From assembly GCA_963675495.1 (NCBI GenBank), contig OY776215.1, positions 1,344,001-1,408,000 on the forward strand: DNA of 64,000 nt, in the 5' to 3' direction. This DNA comes from an uncultured Methanolobus sp. (GTDB lineage: Archaea > Halobacteriota > Methanosarcinia > Methanosarcinales > Methanosarcinaceae). Of this stretch, positions 31,001 to 40,315 are shown one piece after another; position 1 is the first letter of the stretch; every line of letters starts with the position of its first letter. The translations under genes and the position numbers were made by a program. The notes beneath the pieces are model-generated. The model saw only the letters and a list, made by a program, of their open reading frames with translations. It was not told the origin of the DNA and ran no database searches.

Positions 31001-33172
31001 AACAAGCCATGAGATGAAATCAGAGAAACCTATTCCAAATAGTCCGAGGATAAAATCGGTCAGACCTATAAGTCCCATAATGATTCCTCCTACAAGTGCA
31101 ATTATCCATCCTACTGTAGGTATTGCTGCACATGCCAGAAGAAGCACACCGATAGCAAGCATGACAGAAGCATATAGGATCATTATCGTAGCATAAACAG
31201 TACCCTGGAAAGTTCCGGTGTTCGACCAGCCCTCGCTCATTGCTATATTGAAAAAACCCCATAATGCAAAGCCAACGTCAAAGACAAATCCTGCGACCAT
31301 GGTGATCATGCCGATCACACCAAGTACTTTACCAAAACCATTCAGGCCCTTGGCAATGCTACCAACCACCCCAAGGGTTTTGTTCAGTGACTGGCTGGTG
31401 GTCAGCAGTATTCCTAAGAACCCTTTTACTGTTTCCAGTACATATTTGGTGGCAAAGAAGGCCCGGTAAGCTATTTCTGTTGTATTTGCAACAAGGTCCA
31501 TGAAAGCAAAGCTTACAAAAATAATATTTCCTGCCCAGGACTGAATATCATCGAGAATTTCCATTGCCAATGGATATTCAAAGGACAGAAGTGTTCCACC
31601 TATCTTTGTGACCTTTGATTCACCTACAGACCATACGAGTGACAAAGCCATGACAGATTGAAGGGAGTCTGCATTTATACTCACTGCATTACCCCAGTCC
31701 TCAAGTTCACCGAGCATGGATTCTGAACCTACCCGGGAATTATCTGTGGTATTGTACCAGTTTGTCTGCAGTGTCTTTAAAGAGATCACGGGTTCACTGC
31801 TCATATCTATTGAAAGGTCATTGCCCATAATGTATGAACCTGAGCCCATATCAGAAAGGTCAGATATTGTGAAATCATTCTGGATCGCAGAGATCACAGG
31901 AAGTATGCGGTCATCAGGAAGTGAATCCAGGGCACCCGGAGTCATTTCAGTGGTAAGCGCCTGTAATCCGATATCTTGATGTTCAAAACTATCAATATCA
32001 GAAGATATGGTAATATTGTGATCAGCAAGTTCCACCGGCATATCCTGTACGGTGGACTGATTATTTCTTAAGAATGAGTATGCCATCATGAAATTAGTGC
32101 CAATGCTCTGATTGATGTTATCTGTATAGAAAATACCAATATCGCTTCCATAGCTCTCCTCTACACTTAAACCTGTAAGAGTAAAATCTTCCCTGTATGT
32201 TATGAGGGTCGTGGATTCTGTACTGATTGTATTATTAGTTTCGTCCAGACTATCTGTTTTTGCCTGAACAAGCCACAAAAGACTCGCATTTATGTTGATA
32301 TCAGTATTACTGGACTCCGGATAGAACATTTTTCCTGCAAGTGCAGTTTCTCCACCTATACCATTTACCTGGAACAGTGGAACATATACTCTCTCACCGG
32401 AAATACCAAGACCATAATCATCAACATCTAACTGGTCTGGAACCTGATCCATTGTAAGTTCAAGAAGTGGCACGATCGTCAGATCCTCTGTCGAGCCATC
32501 GAGATCCTGCATGGTGCTTTTATTATCAAAAGGCCAGTCTAATTTCTGATAGGCAAGTCTGACATGGCTGGAAGTTTGCGGAACAAGCTGGAAATCAATG
32601 TAAACCGGATTTCCATTGGTTGAAATATCAAAATTGAAATAATCGTAACTGGTTGAACGTGCAAAAGGTGATGAGTCTACGTTGTCCTCTACACCGTCAT
32701 CATCGTTATCAAAATCCCAGATGTTAGAGACACCATCTGAGTCAATATCAAGAGATAGAACATCTGTAACTTCAAAATTATCAGAAAGGCCATCATAATT
32801 AGAATCCATTTCAAGAGGATCGGAAAGGTAAAGTACAGATTCATTATAATCATCGAGCTGGTCATGATCAGAATCAATGTTACTGATATTCGTTCCAAGT
32901 ATCGATTCAACGGCATCAGGTAATCCATCGCCGTCCGTATCGGTTGGATCGCTCGTAACAGAAATAAGTTCCAGGACATTTACCCCATTAGCTGCGGGAG
33001 TTTGCATTTTTATATGGGAGACCATCGAAAGTGCTGTGACGGTATCCTGAGAAATATAAGTCTCATTTTCATCGTTGAACAGATCTTCATTGCTGGCCGC
33101 AACAGCAGGATAGAATTGAGCTCCTAGTAATACTATAGCTACAAGTACCTGGAATAATATTTTTTTCTTTAT
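28061..33172 (-). CDS. Giant (~1703 aa) secreted, C-terminally anchored Ca-binding repeat protein with an internal hydrophobic bundle
   Basis: Many D(T/S)DxDGLxDxxE repeats; frame stays open 49 codons upstream of 33025 and encodes a signal peptide (IKKKILFQVLVAIVLLGAQFYPAVAA); C-terminal TM + RRRE. Confidence 0.8.
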   Translation of the reverse strand: MKKKILFQVLVAIVLLGAQFYPAVAASNEDLFNDENETYISQDTVTALSMVSHIKMQTPAANGVNVLELISVTSDPTDTDGDGLPDAVESILGTNISNIDSDHDQLDDYNESVLYLSDPLEMDSNYDGLSDNFEVTDVLSLDIDSDGVSNIWDFDNDDDGVEDNVDSSPFARSTSYDYFNFDISTNGNPVYIDFQLVPQTSSHVRLAYQKLDWPFDNKSTMQDLDGSTEDLTIVPLLELTMDQVPDQLDVDDYGLGISGERVYVPLFQVNGIGGETALAGKMFYPESSNTDININASLLWLVQAKTDSLDETNNTISTESTTLITYREDFTLTGLSVEESYGSDIGIFYTDNINQSIGTNFMMAYSFLRNNQSTVQDMPVELADHNITISSDIDSFEHQDIGLQALTTEMTPGALDSLPDDRILPVISAIQNDFTISDLSDMGSGSYIMGNDLSIDMSSEPVISLKTLQTNWYNTTDNSRVGSESMLGELEDWGNAVSINADSLQSVMALSLVWSVGESKVTKIGGTLLSFEYPLAMEILDDIQSWAGNIIFVSFAFMDLVANTTEIAYRAFFATKYVLETVKGFLGILLTTSQSLNKTLGVVGSIAKGLNGFGKVLGVIGMITMVAGFVFDVGFALWGFFNIAMSEGWSNTGTFQGTVYATIMILYASVMLAIGVLLLACAAIPTVGWIIALVGGIIMGLIGLTDFILGLFGIGFSDFISWLVGKFHQTYPNTECSLGMINTSLDLRDNESNGLDLGDQIIFRSYIDGTITRTSSGTWQNVQDSYIVPHYKNSRWGDEQTPFAWWQADYGDYTNTVSVQSFYPDQQNTTYEAVAWIEPDTAYINFPLRLYFTADYKIIYTDRKIEWDFWNGYKYTTVEETDSTYSVMDPIYFDILPNSLDGLVRWGQLSALDYDQDGLANDDDPYPSAWDADGDGLSDNFELNTIYSDPARSDKDGDGLNDRMELIYGTNMSDYDTDNDNMSDYLEISGWQISFNYGGSTFNMTVYSDPLSPDSDRDGLGDEAEYLSNLNPMSPTNITDTDSDVLMDVIETAGWDVTFTNESGTYTVRVDSEPLNKDTDYDGLSDFAEYSNSSNPRDTDSDDDGLSDLVEINLGTDILDCDTDGDHLDDNTEIIFGSDPLMRDTDGDWLNDMDEFNYGTDPNNNDTDGDGLTDSEEEETCTSMTDADSDDDLIPDGEEFSWENDHACNPDIDGDGLLDGYEIFYNTSMYLNDTDGDGILDGQEISNMTDPRSNDTDGDGLSDLFELINGTDPNNGDTDGNGLNDSEDPYTFASNVERIWASYDEDEDTLELIENLEKYTNVTVFQPDDIGKYSDKENILLVGRPGTDDTTAGNITMNILASVAPDKLSEMQRSVYERFGVEYDVWSDNQTVVMLSHPYANDHYKVLELFKTGSDLEYLTTVSQFKADSISDLGLYVMVELKEPVRPSIELVRHDENELPHNLSFGLSPEDLGVKYLDINVSDNVMNGTVNNIQRALIVIYYTGRDLDRTGDLDGNDVGDVDESILSMVWYNETSSQWEKMSTDMDWVYELGINTENDIVDGNEYEGYMWANVSHFSTYGLCGEVRVESFVSEDDSDDDSPLDSDRDGLFDFVERRIGTDPFNADTDNDGIIDSKDDTPLGSEVASEGTVGTQTDTPISLEEEEEKGSFPADEETSGSSASFWILTISIVALLACIVVLRRRE

Positions 33173-33262
33173 GGTGACACCTTCTTAATATTAGAAGGAA
33201 GTTCCCCATATATAAATATATATATTTATTTTATTTTGAAATAAAAAAATACAAAGGCGTAT

Positions 33263-33853
33263 TTAGTACACCCACACGACCTCAGGTTCTTTTTTAGCAT
33301 CTTCACCTGGTTCTTTTACTGCATACCCCAAAACAATAGGTGCAATTACCCTGAAATCAGGAGTTATGCCCAATTCCTCCAGCAATTCAGGATTATCCTG
33401 AATGAAACATCCAGTCCCTATCCAGCAACTACCAATTCCCATGGAATGTGCTGCAAGCATCATATTCTCGGCACACAGGGAACAATCATAGTCTGTCGTG
33501 AAACCTGCATTGTTACCAAGAACGATTACAAGGGCTGGTGCATCATAGAAGATACTGAAATCTTCTTTTGCAAGTTCTTTTTTAAACTTTACGGCAGCAT
33601 CATTGGTCGCTTCTGCTAATTGTGTCAGAAGGCGTGGTTTACAATGATCTGACATTCTCATCATCATTTCACGATTCTTAACCACGACAAAGAACCATGG
33701 CTGGCTGTCGAAGCCGGAAGGTGCATGAACACCCGCATCAATTATCGTCTTGATGTCTTCATCACTTACTTCCTTATCAGTATATTCACGGATACTCCTC
33801 CGTGTCTTTATATTTTCAATTACGCTATTTTTCTCCACTCCCATTAGAACCAC
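33263..33853 (-). CDS. Nitroreductase family flavoprotein
   Basis: RRSIREY, APSGFDSQPW, ENMMLAAHSMGIGSCWIG. Confidence 0.9.
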   Translation of the reverse strand: MVLMGVEKNSVIENIKTRRSIREYTDKEVSDEDIKTIIDAGVHAPSGFDSQPWFFVVVKNREMMMRMSDHCKPRLLTQLAEATNDAAVKFKKELAKEDFSIFYDAPALVIVLGNNAGFTTDYDCSLCAENMMLAAHSMGIGSCWIGTGCFIQDNPELLEELGITPDFRVIAPIVLGYAVKEPGEDAKKEPEVVWVY

Positions 33854-33855
33854 TC

Positions 33856-34197
33856 CTATTTTTTTGATTCAAGGAACTCTTTCAGCGATATTTGCATCAG
33901 TTTATCCGGGTCTTCAACATCCTTGTGGACATAAAGACCGCACCAACAGCGTTTCATCGCATCATAGTGTTCCCTGTGAAAAGGTATACATGGACAGACA
34001 AGCTTCATATCATGCGCTCTTTCACCTGTAAGCCCCTGACATGGACAGAACGGACTGCCTTTTTCTTTTTCGATGTTAACTTCCTGCTCAAGTAAGAAAT
34101 CAACCAGTTCAGTGTCAGGACTTATTTTGTATCCCAGAGGATCCACAACCTTCGAGAACATTATCCTGAGTTTCTCCTTACGCTTTTCGTTATCCAT
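33856..34197 (-). CDS. Ferredoxin:thioredoxin reductase catalytic-subunit-like protein
   Basis: CPC..CPC..CWCGLY motif set. Confidence 0.85.
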   Translation of the reverse strand: MDNEKRKEKLRIMFSKVVDPLGYKISPDTELVDFLLEQEVNIEKEKGSPFCPCQGLTGERAHDMKLVCPCIPFHREHYDAMKRCWCGLYVHKDVEDPDKLMQISLKEFLESKK

Positions 34198-34203
34198 CTT
34201 TGA

Positions 34204-34452
34204 TCACAACTTGAGTAATTTTGAGTACTTGGCCGGATTGTATCCCACTACAACATCCTCATCGACCTTCACAAATGGAAAAGACATTTCTGAACCATGG
34301 GCAAGACAATCCTCCTTGATAGCCTTTTTTGTATCATCGTCTGCCTTGTCATAATCAATATACTCAAAGGGAATATCCTGTTCCCTGAAAAATTTCTTTG
34401 CCCTCATACACCAGGGGCAGGTACTTAGTGTATACATAACTACTTTCTTCAC
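34204..34452 (-). CDS. Glutaredoxin/NrdH-like protein
   Basis: MYTLSTCPWC, SFP cis-Pro loop, VVGY. Confidence 0.88.
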   Translation of the reverse strand: MKKVVMYTLSTCPWCMRAKKFFREQDIPFEYIDYDKADDDTKKAIKEDCLAHGSEMSFPFVKVDEDVVVGYNPAKYSKLLKL

Positions 34453-34778
34453 TTGCTTGCACCTCCCATATTTACAAAAACACTGCCATCCATTCGCTTT
34501 GTTTCATAGATAGGCACCTTGATCTCTTTTGCATCAAGGAACTCGCCACTTCGAATATCAAATCTCCAGTCATGGCACGGACATTTTAATATGTACTGTT
34601 CCAAAGTACCTTTTGACAGCGGACATTCCATATGAGGACACTTATTGGATATTGCAAAAAACAGACCATCTTTTCTGATAAGAAGTACTTTATCATCTTC
34701 AATTAATAATGCCTTTTTCTCATCATCAGCAAGTTCATCTTCCTTTATTGCAAATACCCATTTACTTTCCTGATTCAT
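34449..34778 (-). CDS. Rieske [2Fe-2S] ferredoxin 3
   Basis: CPHMEC..CPCHDWRFDIRSG. Confidence 0.88.
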   Translation of the reverse strand: MNQESKWVFAIKEDELADDEKKALLIEDDKVLLIRKDGLFFAISNKCPHMECPLSKGTLEQYILKCPCHDWRFDIRSGEFLDAKEIKVPIYETKRMDGSVFVNMGGASK

Positions 34779-34798
34779 AGATACATTCCTGTTACATA

Positions 34799-35104
34799 TC
34801 ATGTTAAAACGGCTATCTTGCCATCCTTTACCTGTGTATCGTACACGTTAACCTTTATCTTATCAGATGCTACGTATGCTCCGGTGCGAATGTCAAAAAT
34901 CCAGCTGTGACATGGACATTTTAGAGAATAGTCCTGCAGGGTACCACCCTCAAGATGACAGTTCATGTGTGGACATCTGTTCTCAAGAGCAAACAGTTCC
35001 CCACCTTTACGGATAAGGAGCAATTGTTTGTCCCCGACATCCAGGGATTTCATTTCACCTTCTTTCACTTCATCAGCATTTGCAACTATTACCCACGAAG
35101 TCAT
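34799..35104 (-). CDS. Rieske [2Fe-2S] ferredoxin 2
   Basis: CPHMNC..CPCHSWIFDIRTG. Confidence 0.88.
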   Translation of the reverse strand: MTSWVIVANADEVKEGEMKSLDVGDKQLLLIRKGGELFALENRCPHMNCHLEGGTLQDYSLKCPCHSWIFDIRTGAYVASDKIKVNVYDTQVKDGKIAVLT

Positions 35105-35131
35105 TTCAGACCACCTTATGTAACGAACAGT

Positions 35132-35446
35132 TCAAAGAAGGACAAGTATTTCTCCATCTTCTACCTTGTTCTCGTAGAATTCAAGAGCTTCATCCTTGTC
35201 TCCAAGATATTTGCCAGACCTTATGTCATATTCCCAGCCATGGCACGGGCACTTCAGAATAAACTCATCTCTGAAAGTTCCTTTAGAAAGACGACATCCC
35301 ATATGTTTGCACTTACCGAAAAGTGAATAGATAACTCCATTTTTCCTTATAAGAAGCAAAGGTGTTCCCTTAACCCTGACAAACTCCATATTGCCCTCAT
35401 TCAAATCACTATCATTAAGTGCAAAAAACCAGGATTTTTCCGACAT
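35132..35446 (-). CDS. Rieske [2Fe-2S] ferredoxin 1
   Basis: CKHMGC..CPCHGWEYDIRSG. Confidence 0.88.
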   Translation of the reverse strand: MSEKSWFFALNDSDLNEGNMEFVRVKGTPLLLIRKNGVIYSLFGKCKHMGCRLSKGTFRDEFILKCPCHGWEYDIRSGKYLGDKDEALEFYENKVEDGEILVLL

Positions 35447-35602
35447 GCGTATCTCCCATAAATATCAGGGATTCAAAAATATAAATAGTTGTCGTGAAAC
35501 AATAATAAACAGATTAAGACGAGGTATTATTTACTTTCTGTTGAAAGTAATAACAACGCTATGTACAACCATGTAAATATAAAGGATATCAGCAGTAAAA
35601 AA

Positions 35603-36631
35603 TCAAGAATAACTGGAAGGCATAGCGCCCCAGTTATCCGGTGCATCTCCAGTTCCTGAATCTACATCAATGGAGTATTCATTGTTGTAATAGTACCACA
35701 CTTCAATGATTGAATAATCCTCATCAAGGAAATAATCGAATTCTATATCCTCGTAGTCATCCGGATAAATTACTTTTTCCTCATCATCGTCATAGTATGG
35801 ACCAACTGTAGCATCCACAGGGAACCATTCGTTATCTTCGTAAACTTCTACCCATGCATGGCCGCCAGAACTTCCATCAAAGTTAACCAGTCCTACAGCT
35901 ACTCTTACGTCACTCTCGTCAAATTCACCAGAACCTATAAGCAACGATGCAAAGGTGTTGGCCTGGTCTTCACAGTCACTTACGATCTCACCCGGAACAG
36001 GATTAGAATCGTAGTACGGTGTCTCTTCAAGGAACTCGGTTGGAGTTAACCATTCTTCCTGCTGACCGTTCAGGATGCTGTCGGACACCCATATCCATGA
36101 AACTGCTGTCTCATATATCTCGTCTTCATCATCAAGGTCCTCATCTTCAATATAGTCCTGAACAGCATCTGCATACGGAGTTACATATTTCTGGAATTCT
36201 GAGACATCCATTTCTGTGTATGTGTCATCCTGCAGGGATTTCCTGAGTTCTTCCCTATCTGTCATTTCCTGCTGCATTTTTGGAACCGATTCCATGCGAA
36301 CATTCTGAGAAGGCATGTTTGAAGGAGCAGTGATCATTTCACCCTGTGACCTTGTGTTCTGCATATCCTGAGGAGACTGAGGGGTTTGCATGTTCTGTGC
36401 GTTCTGCATCTGGTATTGACTTGAACCTGATCTCTGACCCATATTAGAAGTAAAGAACTGCTGGCTGGTCATGTACATCTGCTGAACTTTAGCCTTCATA
36501 TGACCTGAAACACCATCCTCTATGGTAACAGAGGATGAGGAGAGAGTTACATCGTTATTTTCATCGGCCACCGCATAGACCGAGAACATTAGTATAAGTG
36601 CCACAAATGTTGACAGTATCAGTTTCTTCAT
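35603..36631 (-). CDS. Secreted transglutaminase-like cysteine protease with a Gln/Met-rich linker
   Basis: Signal peptide MKKLILSTFVAL..AVA; SDCEDQA, GGHAWVEV, WFPVDAT triad motifs; ATG at 36631. Confidence 0.8.
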   Translation of the reverse strand: MKKLILSTFVALILMFSVYAVADENNDVTLSSSSVTIEDGVSGHMKAKVQQMYMTSQQFFTSNMGQRSGSSQYQMQNAQNMQTPQSPQDMQNTRSQGEMITAPSNMPSQNVRMESVPKMQQEMTDREELRKSLQDDTYTEMDVSEFQKYVTPYADAVQDYIEDEDLDDEDEIYETAVSWIWVSDSILNGQQEEWLTPTEFLEETPYYDSNPVPGEIVSDCEDQANTFASLLIGSGEFDESDVRVAVGLVNFDGSSGGHAWVEVYEDNEWFPVDATVGPYYDDDEEKVIYPDDYEDIEFDYFLDEDYSIIEVWYYYNNEYSIDVDSGTGDAPDNWGAMPSSYS

Positions 36632-36804
36632 ATACTTCACCTTATTTCCATACGATACTCTGTTTGAGTTTATTTTCACAAATATACAACTTACTCGCTT
36701 GTTCCTGAATATAGCAACGGGATCATATGAAGCATTAAAGCCCCATATGAAACCCGTCAATTCCTTTCAGGAGAGGAATTTTGTTTATCTTTATTTTTTC
36801 AGAC

Positions 36805-38049
36805 TTATTCGTATCTCAGTGCATCCACCGGCTTCATCTTTGATGCATTGTATGCAGGAATTACACCTGAGAGTACTCCTATAACTACTGCGATGGAAAT
36901 TCCCATCAGCATAAGATCAGGAGCAATCGCCGTACCCATAGACGAGCGCATCATGCTTATTCCAAGATATGGCAATAGAGATGACAATCCAAGACTCAGC
37001 ACAATACCAAGCACACCACCTACAAAGCCCACAAGCGCAGAGTTAAACAGGAAGATCATGAGAATATCACTGTTCTTAGCTCCTATGGCTTTCATGGTAC
37101 CGATCTCCTTGGTCTTTTCAAGCACAGATGTGAACATGGTGTTTGCGATTCCCACGGAACCTACTACAAGTGACACACCTGCTATGGCTCCCAGGAACAA
37201 TGTCATTGATTCCATCATCTCACTGGCAGATTCTGCCATTGACAATGAATCAGATACAGTGAAATCCCTGTCGTCCTCATCGGCTATGTGCCTGGAGATC
37301 ATAAGTTTCTCTTCTATTTCATCCACAACAGTCTCTACATTATCGGCATCATCTGCTAATACAACTATACTATCATAGACTTCATCCTCTGCATCATCAA
37401 TGATCTCTACTGCTGCATCTATCGGCATGATGATAGAATTATCACTTTCGCCATCTTCCAGTACACCTACAACTCTGAAGGATTTATCTTCAATCACAAG
37501 CACACGGTTGATGGCTACTTCTTCATCGAACATCTCATGGGCTATCTTGTAACCTATGACCACAGCATTGTTGTCAGTGGTTTCCAGCAACCTGCCGGAT
37601 TCCAGGTCATACGTCACGGTGTACTGCCAGACCTGCGGATCTACTCCCTGTACGGAAAGATCGGCAGTTTCACCCATGAAGTAGACTTCCAGATCACTGC
37701 CGGATATCTTGCCATAGATGTAATCGATGTTCTCTACCAGTTTTATTGCCATGATATCCTTGTCAGTCAGTTCTGCATCATCAGAGGAGGAGGAACTGTC
37801 CCCACCACCTCCCGGTGGACCACCTCCCATTGCTGACTGAGCCTTGGTATAACCTGGTGTGACCGATATTGATGTGAGATCCATATCAGCAAACCTTTCT
37901 TCCATATCTGCTTCCATGCTGTCACTGAGTGCCATGATGGTTACAACCGATCCTACACCGATGACGATACCTATTATTGTGAGCCAGCTTCTGATCTTAC
38001 TGTGAACCAGAATATTCATAGCAAGCTTTAGATAGGTACTTCGTCTCAT
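36805..38049 (-). CDS. ABC transporter permease, MacB/FtsX family
   Basis: RSWLTIIGIVIGV, GIANTMFTSVLEKTKEIGTMKAIGA, PVDALRYE. Confidence 0.92.
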   Translation of the reverse strand: MRRSTYLKLAMNILVHSKIRSWLTIIGIVIGVGSVVTIMALSDSMEADMEERFADMDLTSISVTPGYTKAQSAMGGGPPGGGGDSSSSSDDAELTDKDIMAIKLVENIDYIYGKISGSDLEVYFMGETADLSVQGVDPQVWQYTVTYDLESGRLLETTDNNAVVIGYKIAHEMFDEEVAINRVLVIEDKSFRVVGVLEDGESDNSIIMPIDAAVEIIDDAEDEVYDSIVVLADDADNVETVVDEIEEKLMISRHIADEDDRDFTVSDSLSMAESASEMMESMTLFLGAIAGVSLVVGSVGIANTMFTSVLEKTKEIGTMKAIGAKNSDILMIFLFNSALVGFVGGVLGIVLSLGLSSLLPYLGISMMRSSMGTAIAPDLMLMGISIAVVIGVLSGVIPAYNASKMKPVDALRYE

Positions 38050-39434
38050 TTCTTTTCCTTCTTCAATATCTTTCCTTTAAGATTTTTAAGTTCAACACTC
38101 AGAGGTTCATAAGTACCTGCCTTTTGCATCTTCTTCTTCCTGTAATTGAATCCTACAACTACTATTGCCAGAATTGCAGCACCGTAGAGGTAGTAGCTGT
38201 TAGTTGATGAACTCTGCCCGGGCCTGCTGCCAGGAGTCATGCCTCCTGCCATGGTACCACCTGTCAGTTCTTCTACCTGGACTGCTTTATCTACTGAATG
38301 CCTCTGACCAGCAGAGTCGGTGTATTCGATAGTCACAAGAAGCTCACTATTTGATTCCATTTCTTCCTGCATGGCTGCCATGTTTTCTCCACTCATTTCC
38401 GAAGAATCCGGACGTGCCTGAGCTGTACCGGACGAATCTTCTTCATCCATTGAAGGCATTGAACTGGTCTGGCTGATTGAGAACGATGTTATCGTGTAGT
38501 CACCTTTCTCGAGGTTACCGACAATTGTGGAAGTGCTTCCTGTAGCCTGGAAATTATCCTGGTCAGGTATTGATACCTTCACAGAGTAAGCCTCATTGTT
38601 ACCTACATTTGCAAGGGACAGGGAAACCTCTCCTTCATCACTCTCGGAGTAACTCAGGTCAAAGTCAGTGCTTCCTCCGACGAACAATCCCGCTTTAGTT
38701 TCAATTGTGGAAGTGTTAGAGTCGTAATCCTCAAATTCCAGGGTAATATCAAGCTGGTAAAGACCAGGATCCGCATCCACATCGGCCATTACGGAATATA
38801 CTACCGTGATGGATTCGTCCACATCAAGATTACTTATGTATTTGGTGTTGGAGGAATATACCGGCAGGACCACACCTGTGGATTCTTCCCATGAGACTTC
38901 CATATTCTGGAGTGCAGATGATCCTGTGTTGGTTATGACAAACTCCAGGGGTTCCACAGTTGCAACATCAATGCTTGATTCGCTGATCGTAACTATCTGT
39001 GCATATTCTTTGCCCCGTACTTCAACTTCAAGAGTTGTAACGGACCTTGAATCAGATTCACTGTCGCTTACGGTTACATCTACATCATAAGTACCGTCTG
39101 AAACATCGGAATCCACCTTTAGTTTGAATTTTATAAATGATGCGTCTTCCTCATCCTGACGGGCTTCCAGGAAAGAAATTGTCTTGGTCAGGGATTCCCC
39201 GTCCACCTGTGAAAACGGATATTCTGAATCCACACTGACTTTTACATTAGATAGGTCATTGCTTCCCTCGTTCTGGAGACTTAATGTCAGTTCTACTGTT
39301 TCACCTGGTCTTGCAGGGTACGGACTCTGGGTCAAAAGATCCACCGCCACGCCTGATATATCGGCATTCAAATCTGCTGCAACAGTACTTATTGGCAGAA
39401 TCAATATTAACATCAATAACAAAACTTTTCTCAT
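38046..39434 (-). CDS. COG1361-type S-layer-domain protein associated with the ABC exporter
   Basis: Signal peptide, QSPYPARPGE, Ig-like repeats with N-x-G motifs, C-terminal TM + basic tail. Confidence 0.8.
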   Translation of the reverse strand: MRKVLLLMLILILPISTVAADLNADISGVAVDLLTQSPYPARPGETVELTLSLQNEGSNDLSNVKVSVDSEYPFSQVDGESLTKTISFLEARQDEEDASFIKFKLKVDSDVSDGTYDVDVTVSDSESDSRSVTTLEVEVRGKEYAQIVTISESSIDVATVEPLEFVITNTGSSALQNMEVSWEESTGVVLPVYSSNTKYISNLDVDESITVVYSVMADVDADPGLYQLDITLEFEDYDSNTSTIETKAGLFVGGSTDFDLSYSESDEGEVSLSLANVGNNEAYSVKVSIPDQDNFQATGSTSTIVGNLEKGDYTITSFSISQTSSMPSMDEEDSSGTAQARPDSSEMSGENMAAMQEEMESNSELLVTIEYTDSAGQRHSVDKAVQVEELTGGTMAGGMTPGSRPGQSSSTNSYYLYGAAILAIVVVGFNYRKKKMQKAGTYEPLSVELKNLKGKILKKEKK

Positions 39435-39439
39435 TTAAA

Positions 39440-40315
39440 TCACATCGCTTCACTGTTTTTAATCTCTATTCTGTCAACCATTCCATCTTTGATATGGACC
39501 ACACGATCTGCATATTTTGCAAGATCCGGGTCGTGAGTAATCATTATAATCGTCTTGCCTTCGTTTTTGTGAAGGTTGCTTAAAAATTCAAGAATGTAAT
39601 TTCCTGTTTCGCTGTCCAGATTTCCCGTTGGTTCATCTGCAAGGATCACCTTGGGATCAACTGCGAGAGACCTTGCAATTGCAACTCTCTGCCTTTGTCC
39701 TCCTGATAACTGGGAGGGAAGATTGTACTTTTTATCAGAGAGAGTGACGATCTCAAGGAGGTCTTCTGCTCTCTTCCATGTAAAATCAGGATCCTCTTCC
39801 TGGAATTCAAGAGGAAGCATGACATTTTCAATTGTGTTTAATGTTGGTATCAAATTAAATTGCTGGAAAATGAAACCGATGAGCTGCCCTCTTATCTGGG
39901 CAAGCTCGGACTCTGGCATCTTTGAGATATCTTTATTATTTAACTCTACAATTCCCTTACTTGGAATATCCAGGCATCCCAGAAGATTCATCATTGTACT
40001 CTTGCCGCTTCCACTGGGTCCAAGTATGACGACAAACTCGCCATGCAGGATCTCCAGATCGACACTTTTCAGTGCCGCAAATTCTACCTCTCCCATCTTG
40101 TATATCTTCCACACATCAGTAAGACGCATGAGAGTTTCGCGATCGTTGCCTGAAGACTTGTTTATCACATTCGTTTCATCAATGACATTCTTAACAGCCT
40201 CAGTATAATCACCTGAAGACTTGTTCTCCAAATTAGCTCTATCAATGAGATTCTTAGCAGTCTCAATATAATCGTCCGAAGGCTTGTTTTTCACATTCGT
40301 AAAATTCCCGTCCAT
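39440..40315 (-). CDS. ABC transporter ATP-binding protein (LolD/MacB-type) with a repetitive N-terminal extension
   Basis: [41 protein letters not shown]. Confidence 0.92.
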   Translation of the reverse strand: MDGNFTNVKNKPSDDYIETAKNLIDRANLENKSSGDYTEAVKNVIDETNVINKSSGNDRETLMRLTDVWKIYKMGEVEFAALKSVDLEILHGEFVVILGPSGSGKSTMMNLLGCLDIPSKGIVELNNKDISKMPESELAQIRGQLIGFIFQQFNLIPTLNTIENVMLPLEFQEEDPDFTWKRAEDLLEIVTLSDKKYNLPSQLSGGQRQRVAIARSLAVDPKVILADEPTGNLDSETGNYILEFLSNLHKNEGKTIIMITHDPDLAKYADRVVHIKDGMVDRIEIKNSEAM

